Assembly: GCA_003971905.1 (NCBI GenBank)
Contig: RSEE01000028.1
Span: 682,001 to 731,445, forward strand
Reading direction: 5' to 3'
DNA: 49,445 bases
Source: Moniliella sp. 'wahieum'
Lineage: Eukaryota
Each line of letters opens with the position of its first letter. The stretch's first letter is position 1. This document shows, piece after piece, positions 1-10,072 of the stretch. The position numbers and the translations under genes are program-made. The notes under the pieces were generated by a model. The model had not been told where the DNA came from. It worked only from the letters and a program-made list of their open reading frames with translations, and did no database searches.

Positions 1-1393
1 CTCATGATGCCCGTAGGCCTCATTAGCCTCTGGTACGTTTCGAATGGGGGCGCGGTCGGGAAAATATTTTCTTTTGCGGACGTTTGAGCCTGAACTTTTG
101 AGGGATCTCAGGGCTCACGATTGACATGGAGGATGTCAAATCAGTCGATTGATGTTTACTTTGAACAAGTGAACCGTACGGAACGTTGAATGACCACCCG
201 AGCTTGGGGTCTCTGCGACCAGTAGGCACTCGCTATAGACAGTGCGTGCTCGTAGTTTCGACGTATACGTACCTGTCGGCAAGAAACTCTGTATTCAGCA
301 ATGAGCCTTATTTAGCATCGACATTGAGGCTTTGGATTTGAGGTTATATATGCCCAGTTCTCTGCCCAGCTGTTTCGATCGTATAATCCCTACTAGAACC
401 CTCGCCACAGGAGGAAGGGATATGCCAAAGACAATGTGCAGTGTACCATTGTACGTTTTCCTCTTCCACTCTGCCCAAGCAAAGAGTCCAGCGTTGGAGT
501 GACAACTTCTAAGGAGACAGGCCGCCAAGGAGTAGGGCCGAATCGTCAGGCCTAACGGTGAGAACGACAATACAAAGAAAAGGAAGAACGAAGGAAAAGA
601 GCCACAAACCCAAACGTGTCCGTGCCAATCACCTCCGTCCAACCGTCCCAAGGGCCAAGAAAGAAAAGGATAAGCGTGGTAGCAGGGGGGGTGGCAGAGG
701 GGGTCGGATGGGCATACGTGCGGGTAGGCGAATCATATTCTTCTTAATGGTTGGTCGTCAACATGTGAACGAGACAGGGTGGTGTGCTACAGATGACCTC
801 CTTGCTCGGGCCTGCCGGGGTGCACAGGAACGTCTCACCTCGGTTGCTCCCTTCCTCTAGTATATCTCCGCCTGCATTCTCTCACGGATGTACTTGCGTG
901 TTGCGATGCGGCTACGAATACTTCCGTTGCTCTCTACCATTTACTGTGGAGCTTGGTACCCCAAGTGTGCAACCCCAAAGCACTTACGCTTACGGTGTAG
1001 GCTGTATCTGAGCACGATAGCACTGCATCTAGTCCATCCAAGACAAATGGATTTGGATTTTGAGTCACCCGCCCAAGCCCGAGCGGGTGTATGAATGCCC
1101 GTGTCGAGCAGACGCAGAGGATCATGCAACCCAGGACCGTGTCAATCAGGAGGGCTGGGGGAGAAGAGGGGGAAGAAGCATGACAAGTGACAGGAGGGAA
1201 GAGAGACCTCACTTCTCATTCCCCAGAATTCAAATACCTAGCAACGCACTGCACGGCTACCGCAACGCAACGCAACGCAATGCAGCGCGGGGCATGGAAC
1301 GATGTGGGCTACCCATAGATGGCCCGATCCGACCGGGAGGGAGACACACACGGCCGACCGAGCCCGCGCCCGCACGTGGGAAACACGCAGCGC

Positions 1394-1900
1394 TTCGCGG
1401 CGGTCTTCTTGAGCTCTTGGCCAAGAGCTTCCTCCGCTGCTGCTTGAGGTGGGTGATTTCGAAGCGTTGGGAAGTCGGGGTGGTAGACTTCTAGCCTGAC
1501 GGGCAGCCAGGTCTTGGCCCAGTTGGACGCTGCCACTTCTCGGCCACACCGGCCTTTTCAAGTACTTCTTTCGACCTTGGAGCGAGCTGCCGCGGGGCAA
1601 GTCCTTGACCACAAACTTGGTAAGGATCAAACTTGTACTGGAACGCTTGGCGTGCCACGCCGGTCGTGGGCCCGTCAATTATGGCCCGGTTGGCATCGAT
1701 GATCTCGGCAATGACGGCCAACTTGCCATGATCGGCGACGTTCGTCGTTGATCAGCACACACGGCCCCTCGACGAAACGCTTGAAAGAGGATACTGGCTC
1801 GACATCTGCACCACAGGCAAAAGCGCAAGGAAGGAAGGGTTAGTGGTGCGAGGGGGAGGGCGACTGCAGGGCCAAGGCCACGTACGGGAAAGGACGACCT
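1394..1900 (-). CDS. RPL14: 60S ribosomal protein eL14 (heavily frameshifted; probable intron ~1806-1885)
   Basis: Pieces across frames read SSFKRFVE.GRV, HGKLAVIAEIIDANRAIIDGPTTGVARQAFQY, LILTKFVVKDLPRG, LEKAGVAEKW, SNWAK, AARQAR, RFEITHLKQQRRK, all typical of eL14. GTACGT donor, CTAAC branch (~1839-1843) and CAG acceptor are present. No intact start or stop codon, so both ends are approximate. Confidence 0.92.
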
Positions 1901-2501
1901 TGGAGAGAGATGGAGAGAAACAAGCGACCGCTGGGAGACACCGTGCGTGGTCTTCGGGCGAACGGGACGGGGGCGCTACAGCGCACGCGGGTTGCGTGCT
2001 GGCGCGGCGGGGCGTGAGACTGCCGTTGTGCGGGGCGCTTAGGGTTGCTGCGGCGAGTATTCGGCAGCGATGGGTTTGCGACCGGTGAGCCATCCCCGGT
2101 CGCAGCGCGCGCCTGTTGAAACGTTCACCCATCCCGGCGCATAATGCAATGTTGCAAATCGAGTGGCGGCGTGTTACGCTTTCGCTCGCGTCGACATCGA
2201 CACGATGGATACGATGGACACGATGGACACGGTGGAGATGGCCCACATGATCTGACTGGTCGCTTCCAGCTGCCTCTCCCTGTGCCCCTAGTGACGCCAA
2301 ACGGTATGTGGAAAGCAGATGCAATGTCCGTCCTGGCGCCTGCGCCACGCACCAAGCCCAGGATTCAAGGCGGTCGCTACACATAGATACGGGTATCAAA
2401 CGGCTCCTCAGCCTGAGGCTCACGGTGAGGGGTGAGGCTGAGGGGTTAGGGGTGAAGGGTGCGGCTCACCATCGCCCTCACACACCCCTTTCCCTGCTTC
2501 A

Positions 2502-5500
2502 CTAGCTCGACCCCTCTGCCTGGTCGCAACGCAAACAGCACCGGTGCGCCGAGCTGGACCGATCCGACCGACGTGCGCTCGGGGCCCAGGCAAGGTGCGT
2601 GCCAAATACGACACGGCCATTGGAAGCTCTGCGGCGCCGAGAATGCTGAGTAAAGTTTGAGGCAACTTGCGTCCGGTCCACTGATCGATGGCTACCATTT
2701 GACACCTTCGACACGGGCCGAGGGAAACGAAGGTTTCCCTCCCACTTGGATCCGGCTCAGTTGGTCCCCAGGTAACGCACACCACGTGCCTGCCTCGGCT
2801 TGCTGGGCGGCGAGGAGAGAGGCGTCGTTGGCGTTTGCAGCTGGAGGCGAAGGAGCTGGCGTGGTCCATGGCGATGCACAGGGAACAAGTGGGTCCATAC
2901 GTCTCGGTCGCTTGGCCGGGCGCTCTTGTCCTCCGTTCAGGTCCGCCTCCGTATCCGCCTCCGCCTCCGCCTCCGCCGCTACCTCCGCCTCCGTATTCAC
3001 ATTCGCATTCTCATCCGAGCCAAGCAAAGCGATCTCATGCCCAGGCTGAGAGGGAAGAGGCGAGTGAACAGTATCTGGGGGCCCAACGACGAAATTGGCG
3101 CGGAACCTGCGCGCGACATTGCGCCAATGTAAGTTGCTCAAGGGCTTTTCGCCCTTGGCAGCCAAATCCTTCTCGATCCACGCTGCGACCGCCTGGATGG
3201 CACCTTGGGTGCAAGAGTAAAAAGGGGCTTTCGTTAGCGAGCAAGATAGGTGGTGGGGTGGGTAGGGCACCATCCAATCCGTCGGGTCCGGAAAGGTCAG
3301 AGGAGGGAAGTAGTTTAGTATGACGATGTGCTTGGTCAGGTGGCAGACGGGCCAAGGTAGCTCTTCGACCGAGGAAGCGAGAGAAAAAGCGTGGGTGATA
3401 TGGGGTGCGTCGTAGATCCGAGCGAGGACATTATCAGCACACACGCGAAGAGGTTGGTCGCCCTGCGCGTTGGTGCCATACGGAATGAGCACAAGATCGT
3501 CGTCGTCTAAGTTGCCTGGGGCTTCGGGGTGAATCGGGGTGTTGCACGGCACGGGTTCGGGCCGACCGCGGGCAGCACAGTGAACGCGCGGAAACCGAAT
3601 TTCCAACACTTGCTTGGCCCGATCCACAAATGGTCGGATGGTCGCCATCCTCGGTTCTCGTTTTTGACTAATCGCTCGCCCCGTATCCAGATCAATCACG
3701 CACCATTCCCGGTCATGCAACAGTCCGATCGAGTCAAGGGCCACGCCACCTCGGCTCCTTGCTCTCCCACTGAAAGTTCTTGCCCTGCACAGGACTTGAT
3801 CGGATACAGTGTCGCCATTTTCAAGACGAGGTCCGACGTGGGGGGAAGGGAAAGGGAAAGGGGAAGGGGGCGGGGACGGGCAACTTCTTGCTGTTTTGCT
3901 GGCATGCCAGTCTGGTCCACAAAGTACTTGATAAACTCGATCAACTCATCCACATCTGAAGCCGTGTTCCACACGCTCAACGAGGCACGAATTGACGCGG
4001 CTGGATCGTCCTCGTCCGGCTCGGCAAGAGGGGGTTTGGGTTTGTCGGTGCCACCTGTGCCTGGATCGGTGTCGATGCCAGGTCCGGGGCCGGCCCCGGA
4101 CCCTGCGATCGCCGCATACACACGCGACCGGGCCAAAGGACAAGAATCTGGTGCGTCCACTACGGCCTGAGCGGCCGTATCGCACCCCGCACCTTGCTCG
4201 TACACCTTCCACAGCAACTCCTCCGCATGGGCAAGTTGTTCTTCTGTCGCTGGTCCAGCTTGGTCAGCGGGACAAAGAGTGTGGGAGACGGCGACGCCTG
4301 CATTGCAGTGTCGGCCTACGCGAACATGGACGTTGGCGAGGGAAGCAAGACGTGCGAATTCGGAGGCGGGAACGCGAGTTCCAGTCGAAGAGAGCAGAAC
4401 AAACGCAGCGGTGGGGCCTTGATCGCGATGGGATGTGTCGGATGTGTCGGACGGATCGGACAGGTCCAAGCCTGCGCCTGTGGCCCATTGAGCCGCCTCG
4501 CGGCTGGACGACAAGACTCGTACAGCCGGGGCGCCATTGGCATGGCGGACGTGGGCAAGGCGCGTGTGAAGGTGGTAGGCAAGAAAACGTAAGTGTGCAG
4601 CTTGCTTGTCCCACGCGCCTAACACACGATGACACGCTTGCATCGCATGGCGCAACGCCACAATACCATGCACGTTGATCGTGCCATCCTCGAACCGGGG
4701 GGGAGACTACTGGGCCGAGCCACTTGGATGCCCTTCTGGGGCAATAGGACCGAGACGGTGCCACCGCCATAATAAGGTTTGGCACGCAACATGGATCCGC
4801 TCGAGGACTTGACCACCAGCCCGCCCAGGCCCGTTGGTGCGCCATACACCTTGTATAGAGAGAGGCGATGAAATCGGGGGCAGAGTCGTAGCCTTCCTTG
4901 GTGGAAGAAGGCAGGGCCATCCGGTTGGAAGAGAGATAGGCGGCGGCATCAACCAAGATCCGAGGTCGCGGCTGGGCAGCACAGAGATGGGCGAGCAACT
5001 GTTCGTATTTACGTCCGGTTGCGTTACATTGGAGCGGGAGGATGGCCAGCTGGTCGTGCGTCCAGGGATGGTGACGCATGTGTGCCTCGGTGAGTGCGCC
5101 ATGGGTCAGCGCGCCTGGGCAATCCCCGCAGGCCAACGACCGAAGTGTGAGCCTCAAGAAGATGGACGAGTGTGGGCCGGGTGCCGAGGTGGAAAAGGCA
5201 AAGCTCTGGGCAACCGTTTGGAGCGAAGCGGTGGTGCCAGAGGTAAAGATCAGGTCCCAGCCACCGCCGTCGCTGGGCAAGGAAAAGAGTTGGGTCAACA
5301 CGTCGTGGCGAGCCTGCTCGACATGTTGGCCGCGCGGACCCGCTGCACTGAGGCTGTGCGGGTTGGCGTAGAAATGCTGAGCGAGGTCGTCGGCCCAGGG
5401 CGGACGCCTGAGATGGGGGTGGGGGGCATGCCAGCCGCATCGGGTAGAGCCCGCCAACGTTGGTGCCATCGGGCAAGGTGTGGGCGTGAAGGGCGGGGAG

Positions 5501-5557
5501 CTCGGCGCGGCGGATGCGATGGATGTAATCGTTGTAGGCTTCGTGGGCATTGGGCAT
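2502..5557 (-). CDS. hxB: Molybdenum cofactor sulfurase (NifS-like PLP domain + MOSC domain), multiple frameshifts
   Basis: Ordered motifs: HFYANPHS, LIFTSGTTASL, VDAAAY, LYK.YGAPTGLGGLVV (PLP Lys), YYGGGTV, VRVGRHCNAG, IRASLS, TLYPIKSCAG, GLLHDREWCVID, AISQKREPRM, ANESPFLL, RFRANFVV, GPCRRCQMVAIDQ, GRVVFGTHL. Start taken at ATG 5557 (MPNAHEAY). Confidence 0.9.
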
Positions 5558-5807
5558 GGCAGGGACACTGGCGGTGGTGGCAAGAGCCGAGGGGGCGGTG
5601 GAGGAAGAGCCGAGGGGGCGGTGGCGGCGGAGGAGGCGGCCTGGCTTCCGAGTGGGGACGACGGACAAGGCCAGTGGGCGTGCAAGCGTTCTGGGTTCTG
5701 AGGCGCCCACTAGTAGTTGCCAGTGGCTGTAGTCAACAAACGCCAGCCGGCTGCCCCCGCCCGAAGCCCCCGCCACCCAGCACCGGAGCAGTGTCAGCCG
5801 TTGCCGG

Positions 5808-6119
5808 TTATCGATTATCAGCTGAACATTTCACATGTGCCATGCGTCTCCACTCTTCTGTACTCAAGTTGAGTTCGTCGCTTGCGGAGCGTTGGCCCGG
5901 GTCCAAGTCCGCACTGTGGAGCAGCGGGGCTTCCATCGGTTCTGCAATGCGGCGCCACCACCCAAGTGGGCGAGGCGCTTGTCAGGCCTGAGGGTCAGGA
6001 CCTATGGGGAGGAAGCGGGGCAAGGAGCCACATCCCCCGTCACGCGTCCATACTGAGTTGCTCAGCGATCAGTATCTGAGCGACTACGGAAAACAAATCG
6101 CGCGCAAGGAGATAGATAA
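5808..6119. promoter_or_regulatory. Cluster of GATA (HGATAR-like) elements upstream of the Moco sulfurase
   Basis: TTATCG 5808-5813, TTATCA 5815-5820, AGATAG 6110-6115 and AGATAA 6114-6119, in GC-rich DNA 250-560 bp upstream of the hxB ATG. Confidence 0.3.
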
Positions 6120-7350
6120 AGCAGTAGGCGCAATGCTCTGTCGCTGCCATTCTTTCAAGATAAAGTGAGCCGTATCGTCCAGCCGATCAATCTGGTCCGA
6201 CTCGACGTACACGCCCCACAGACCCGTGTCGGAAAAGGAATGACTAAAGTGGTTGTACGAGATGGCCAACTCGTTCTCTGCCACCTGGACGACAGTCGGC
6301 TGGAGAGCAACGTTGATGCGCCCAGAGACCGGTCCCAGTTGCCCAGGATGGCTTGCAGCACGAGCAACGGAACGTAATCGGGGCTGGTATAGCTAGCACC
6401 TTCGACGGCGATGGCAAAGTTGCACATTTTGGGTATGCATCGTCGCGGATCCGCACGTCCGATCCAAAAACTGCGTCGGCGTCGTTGGGCAACAGCAGCG
6501 GGTTGGCCGAGGTGGGGAGAGAGGTGAATAGTGATTTGGCTACGCTGACCAGTTGGTCATGGTCCACCGCGCCCGTAGCTACATGGTCGTGTTGTCCGAA
6601 ACAAGGTACTTGTCCTGGAACAACTTCAATTGGTCCGGCACCAACCTTTGTACCGACTCGTCCCCCGCGATCGTCTGGCCCAGCGCTTGCTTTTGGAACG
6701 CGACCGCATACAAGTGCTCAAACACAATGTCCTTAATGGGCTTGGCGGCCTCGTGCCGTTGCAGCACCTTGGTCCGCTCTGCCTCCAACGCAGCTTGGCT
6801 CACGTCGGGATTTTGTAACAGACGCGCCAAGGCGGCCACCGTCTTGGATGCATCCTCCCCAGTGATTCCACATAAAACGCCGTGCTTTCCCGCGACGTGT
6901 AGCCATGCAACTTGTACCCCAACTTGTCCACCTCGGCCGCCGCCTGTCCAATCCGTCCCCACCCACCGACACACACACCACAACACACACATCCACCGGG
7001 TCAGTTGGTTCGGTCGTGCTCCGTGCTCTACGTGCACGGCAGCAAGGACGACGACGGGCGCGGAGAAGGGAGCGAAGCACACGCACCAGTGATGGAAACT
7101 TGGCTGAACAAGTTAGCGAGGCCACTGGCATCCGGATCGTCGGTACGACTACCAGCGTTGATCCATGCACCGACGGTTGCCGTCTTGGCACCCGGGTTGG
7201 CCTCGGTAGCAATGGTCAGCCATTGTCCAGGACGCTGAGCTGGGTGATGGGCGTGCTCGGGGCGGCAGTGGCAAAGGCGCGGGCGCGGGAGGGCACAGCC
7301 GCCCGATGCACGGCAGGGACAGCGCGGCAGAACAGCAGGCGGGCCGACAT
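6084..7350 (-). CDS. M16B peptidase-like mitochondrial protein (cytochrome bc1 core protein 1 / beta-MPP family), non-catalytic, C-terminus missing; intron ~6944-7086
   Basis: Arg/Ala-rich presequence MSARLLFCRAVPAVHRAAVPSRARAFATAA, then LTIATE..ATVGAWINAGSR, GYTSRESTAFY, IVFEHLYAVAFQ, GAVDHDQLV, GSDVRIRDD, AIAVEG, LGNWDRSLGA, FSDTGLWGVY, LKEWQRQSIAPT. The HXXEH position reads NLFSQ. Confidence 0.85.
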
Positions 7351-8835
7351 GGACGATGGTGAGGCCTGATTCGCAGGCGAGGGGGCAACGAGCAATGCAA
7401 AGCAAACGTTAACCCAGCTGCTGCTGATGGCCTGCCGTCTGTCTTGGTGGGGTTACCTTACCGCGGGAGGCGGCCATTATTAGCAACCCTACTCGGGCGC
7501 AGTGTTAGATCTTAGAAATGGACGGGTCACGTGTCTCCGTCGTCTGCCTCGGAAACGAGTCCACAGGGAGACTACGTTCGAGCGGTGTTTTTGAAATGAA
7601 AAAGATCGGGGAGGTGGAGGTGGATCTGGGATCTGGATCTGGGGTGTTGGATGTTGGACCAGGTTAGAGGAGGCAGGCCACAGACGCTCCTCTCAGGCTC
7701 ACGCGCCACGGGCGCAGCTGCTCCTCAGCGCCAGGCTGCGCGCCTCGCGTCTTTGGCCCCTCGGGCGTGCCGGTTGGACCGAATGTGGCTTGCAGTCTGA
7801 GGACTACTACTCGGTACTCAGTCTTATATCGATCTTAGCAGAAGAAAGGACTGGACCGACATCGTCACGCGATGTTACCACATCGAAGACGCATGATGCA
7901 TGCCTCATGCATGAGCTGCATGAGCACAACCGCAGCCGGGGTGTATTGGGCCAACACGGGCGATCGGCATCCCATGTCGCCAATGTAAGGCAAGGCCAGG
8001 CTGAGCTGTCAGGCTGACATGTGACAAGGGCTGACATGGACGTCGACGATCGAATGCTCTGCCGCTCGCCGCAGCGCTCGTCGGCCTCATCTACGGTGGC
8101 GCTGAGCCGCTGAACAACGTTGATCGTCTTGAACATCCGAGGCCGCAGGCCGCTGGCCGGATACCCTCACATGTTACAGGGCGCCGGTGACATCCAACTG
8201 CCGTTCTTGGCTTCCGTCTCGACAAGGCGTGGGCTGGTGTGTGAGTACCGAATACGTATGCTTTGTGGCTCCAGCGCTCCAGGCAGAAACCGCAACGCTT
8301 CTCAGATCTCCTGCCGGCAAGAAAGGGGCCCCACACACCAGCAGGCACTAGGCAGCTCGCACCAGCTTGCTGCCCGATTCATGATTGCGGAGCGGCAGCT
8401 CTCTTGGCCCACGCGCGCGCACGCTCACGCCACCATTGCTTGTCCTTCTGGGCGATCCATTTCCCGATCGCACGTTGCTTGGTACCCGTGGTGTTACTAG
8501 CTACTGGGTTCCTTACCGGTGAGAATGAGGCCCTCAGGTGAGGTGCACTACGCGTCTGCCTACGTCAACGTCAACGTCAAAATGTGAATGTCAACGCAGC
8601 GCACAGACTGTGTCACAGGTGCGCTGTCAGCCTGCCTGCTCAGGCTCAGGCCCAGTATCAGTGCGAGGGAGCCTCAGCGTCAGCGCAGGGCGAGTGACAG
8701 GTAGCGCTGAGCAGCGCCACGCATACTACACAGCCCCCGTGCCCCCTCCCATGCGTTTGGGCTCAGCCTGAGCCCTGAGGCTCAGCGCTCGCTCCGTCCC
8801 AAGCAACAACCAAGCGCCAGCAACCTGGACCCTAG

Positions 8836-8843
8836 TATATATA
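8836..8843 (+). promoter_or_regulatory. TATA box of the Pmp3-family gene
   Basis: TATATATA about 125 bp upstream of ATG 8968, in GC-rich sequence and followed by a pyrimidine-rich leader. Confidence 0.55.
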
Positions 8844-8967
8844 TCCTACGTCGAGACGAGGCAGGTTGTCGTCTTGCCACCCCCCTCCTCAACTTGTTCT
8901 CCTACCTCCTCCTTGCGACTTCCTCCTTGCTACCTCGTTGTTGATGTCTGCCGTCTGGTTACTTACC

Positions 8968-9337
8968 ATGGTCCAACTTGAACCCACCGACTGGGGCGTT
9001 GTGAGTACAGATTCCATCCTGCTGGTTTTGAGGGGGCGTTTGGTGCGCGGGAGAGGTGGTCGAGCCAGCTGCGCTGCCATGCGGGCCATGCGAGACACTC
9101 CCCCCCTTATCTGTACCCAGTACACCGTACACCGTACCTAGCGCTAACGACGATTCCTCTTTGTGTGCAGCTGCTCTCACGATCATCATCCCTCCCATTG
9201 GCGTGTTCATCCTCACCGACGGCTGCGGCATTGAATTCTGGATCAATGTGGTGCTTACCATTTGCGGCTGGTTCCCCGGCATGTTGGCTGGGCTGTATTG
9301 CTTCTACACGCACAACAAGGACAAGCTCTCCTCCTAA
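8968..9337 (+). CDS. PMP3: Pmp3/UPF0057 family small membrane proteolipid (~66 aa, 2 exons)
   Basis: Exon 1 8968-9000 MVQLEPTDWGV; intron 9001-9170 (GTGAGT..GCTAAC..TGCAG); exon 2 LTIIIPPIGVFILTDGCGIEFWINVVLTICGWFPGMLAGLY..., matching the family PP.GV...C...INxxLT..G..PG pattern. One base is missing near the exon-2 start. Confidence 0.85.
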
Positions 9338-10072
9338 GTGGGTTTAAGTGGGCTTAAGCGCTAAGCAGCCTTGAGTATACCTTGTTTTCCCTATCCCCGC
9401 AGTGCATACCCGCACGTCCACGCCCCTCTCTGGCTACTCGCCTGTCAATTGGGTTGGTGTGGGAGCACCCCATGTGTGGGGATGCGGTTGAACCCCTCCC
9501 CCCTTTCTTCCACCTGTCTGGGCAGGTGCTGCAAGCACCGCTTCCTACCCTACACCCTTTGCTCTCGAGATGCGAGGCAAGGGTGCCGTGATACCAACTG
9601 TGCACCCACGCGGTGTTTGTTTTCCGTACCTTCTGTTTCTTGAAGCTCTCTGGCTGGCAGCATGGTGAGCATGGGCTAGGGCACAGTGATGATAGCTAGT
9701 GGGCAGTGGATGGTCTGGCATGGGTGGTATGGTATGGGTGGTGTGGTCTGGTGTGGTGTGGGGTTAGGCAGCGGGGATGGTAGGGTTGGGGGAGCGCATC
9801 ACGTGCCATTCGCCACCGCCGCTGCGGGGCAGCCTGCCAGCGCCAAGCATGCGCTGACGTGGCACGCCGGCGATGGGCACGGCGCCAGTGCCACGCGTTG
9901 GCAACATTCAATATGCAACCCAACACGCGCTGTGCGTTCGCAACTATAGGCCCAGCTGGCCCATTGGGGCTGTGGCGTGTTGATTTCCACGTCTGCTGGC
10001 GCCGCCTCTTTCTTGTCGCGTCTCCACCACCGCTTTTTTTCTTTGCTTTTCTGTTCTCGTCTCGCGCCCGCC

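Noticed and set aside
23..740. Possible spliced minus-strand gene (GTATGC donor ~717, TAG acceptor ~552, ORFs 295-651 and 23-229)
   Set aside because: No recognisable protein family in any frame and no clear branch point; cannot be supported from sequence alone.
7417..7592. SRP-RNA or other Pol III-like segment (GCTGATGGC, CTCG-GAAA-CGAG hairpin, GTTCGAG, T5)
   Set aside because: Too short for fungal SRP RNA and lacks the helix-8 AGG/AGCA loop; it lies in the promoter region of the M16B gene.
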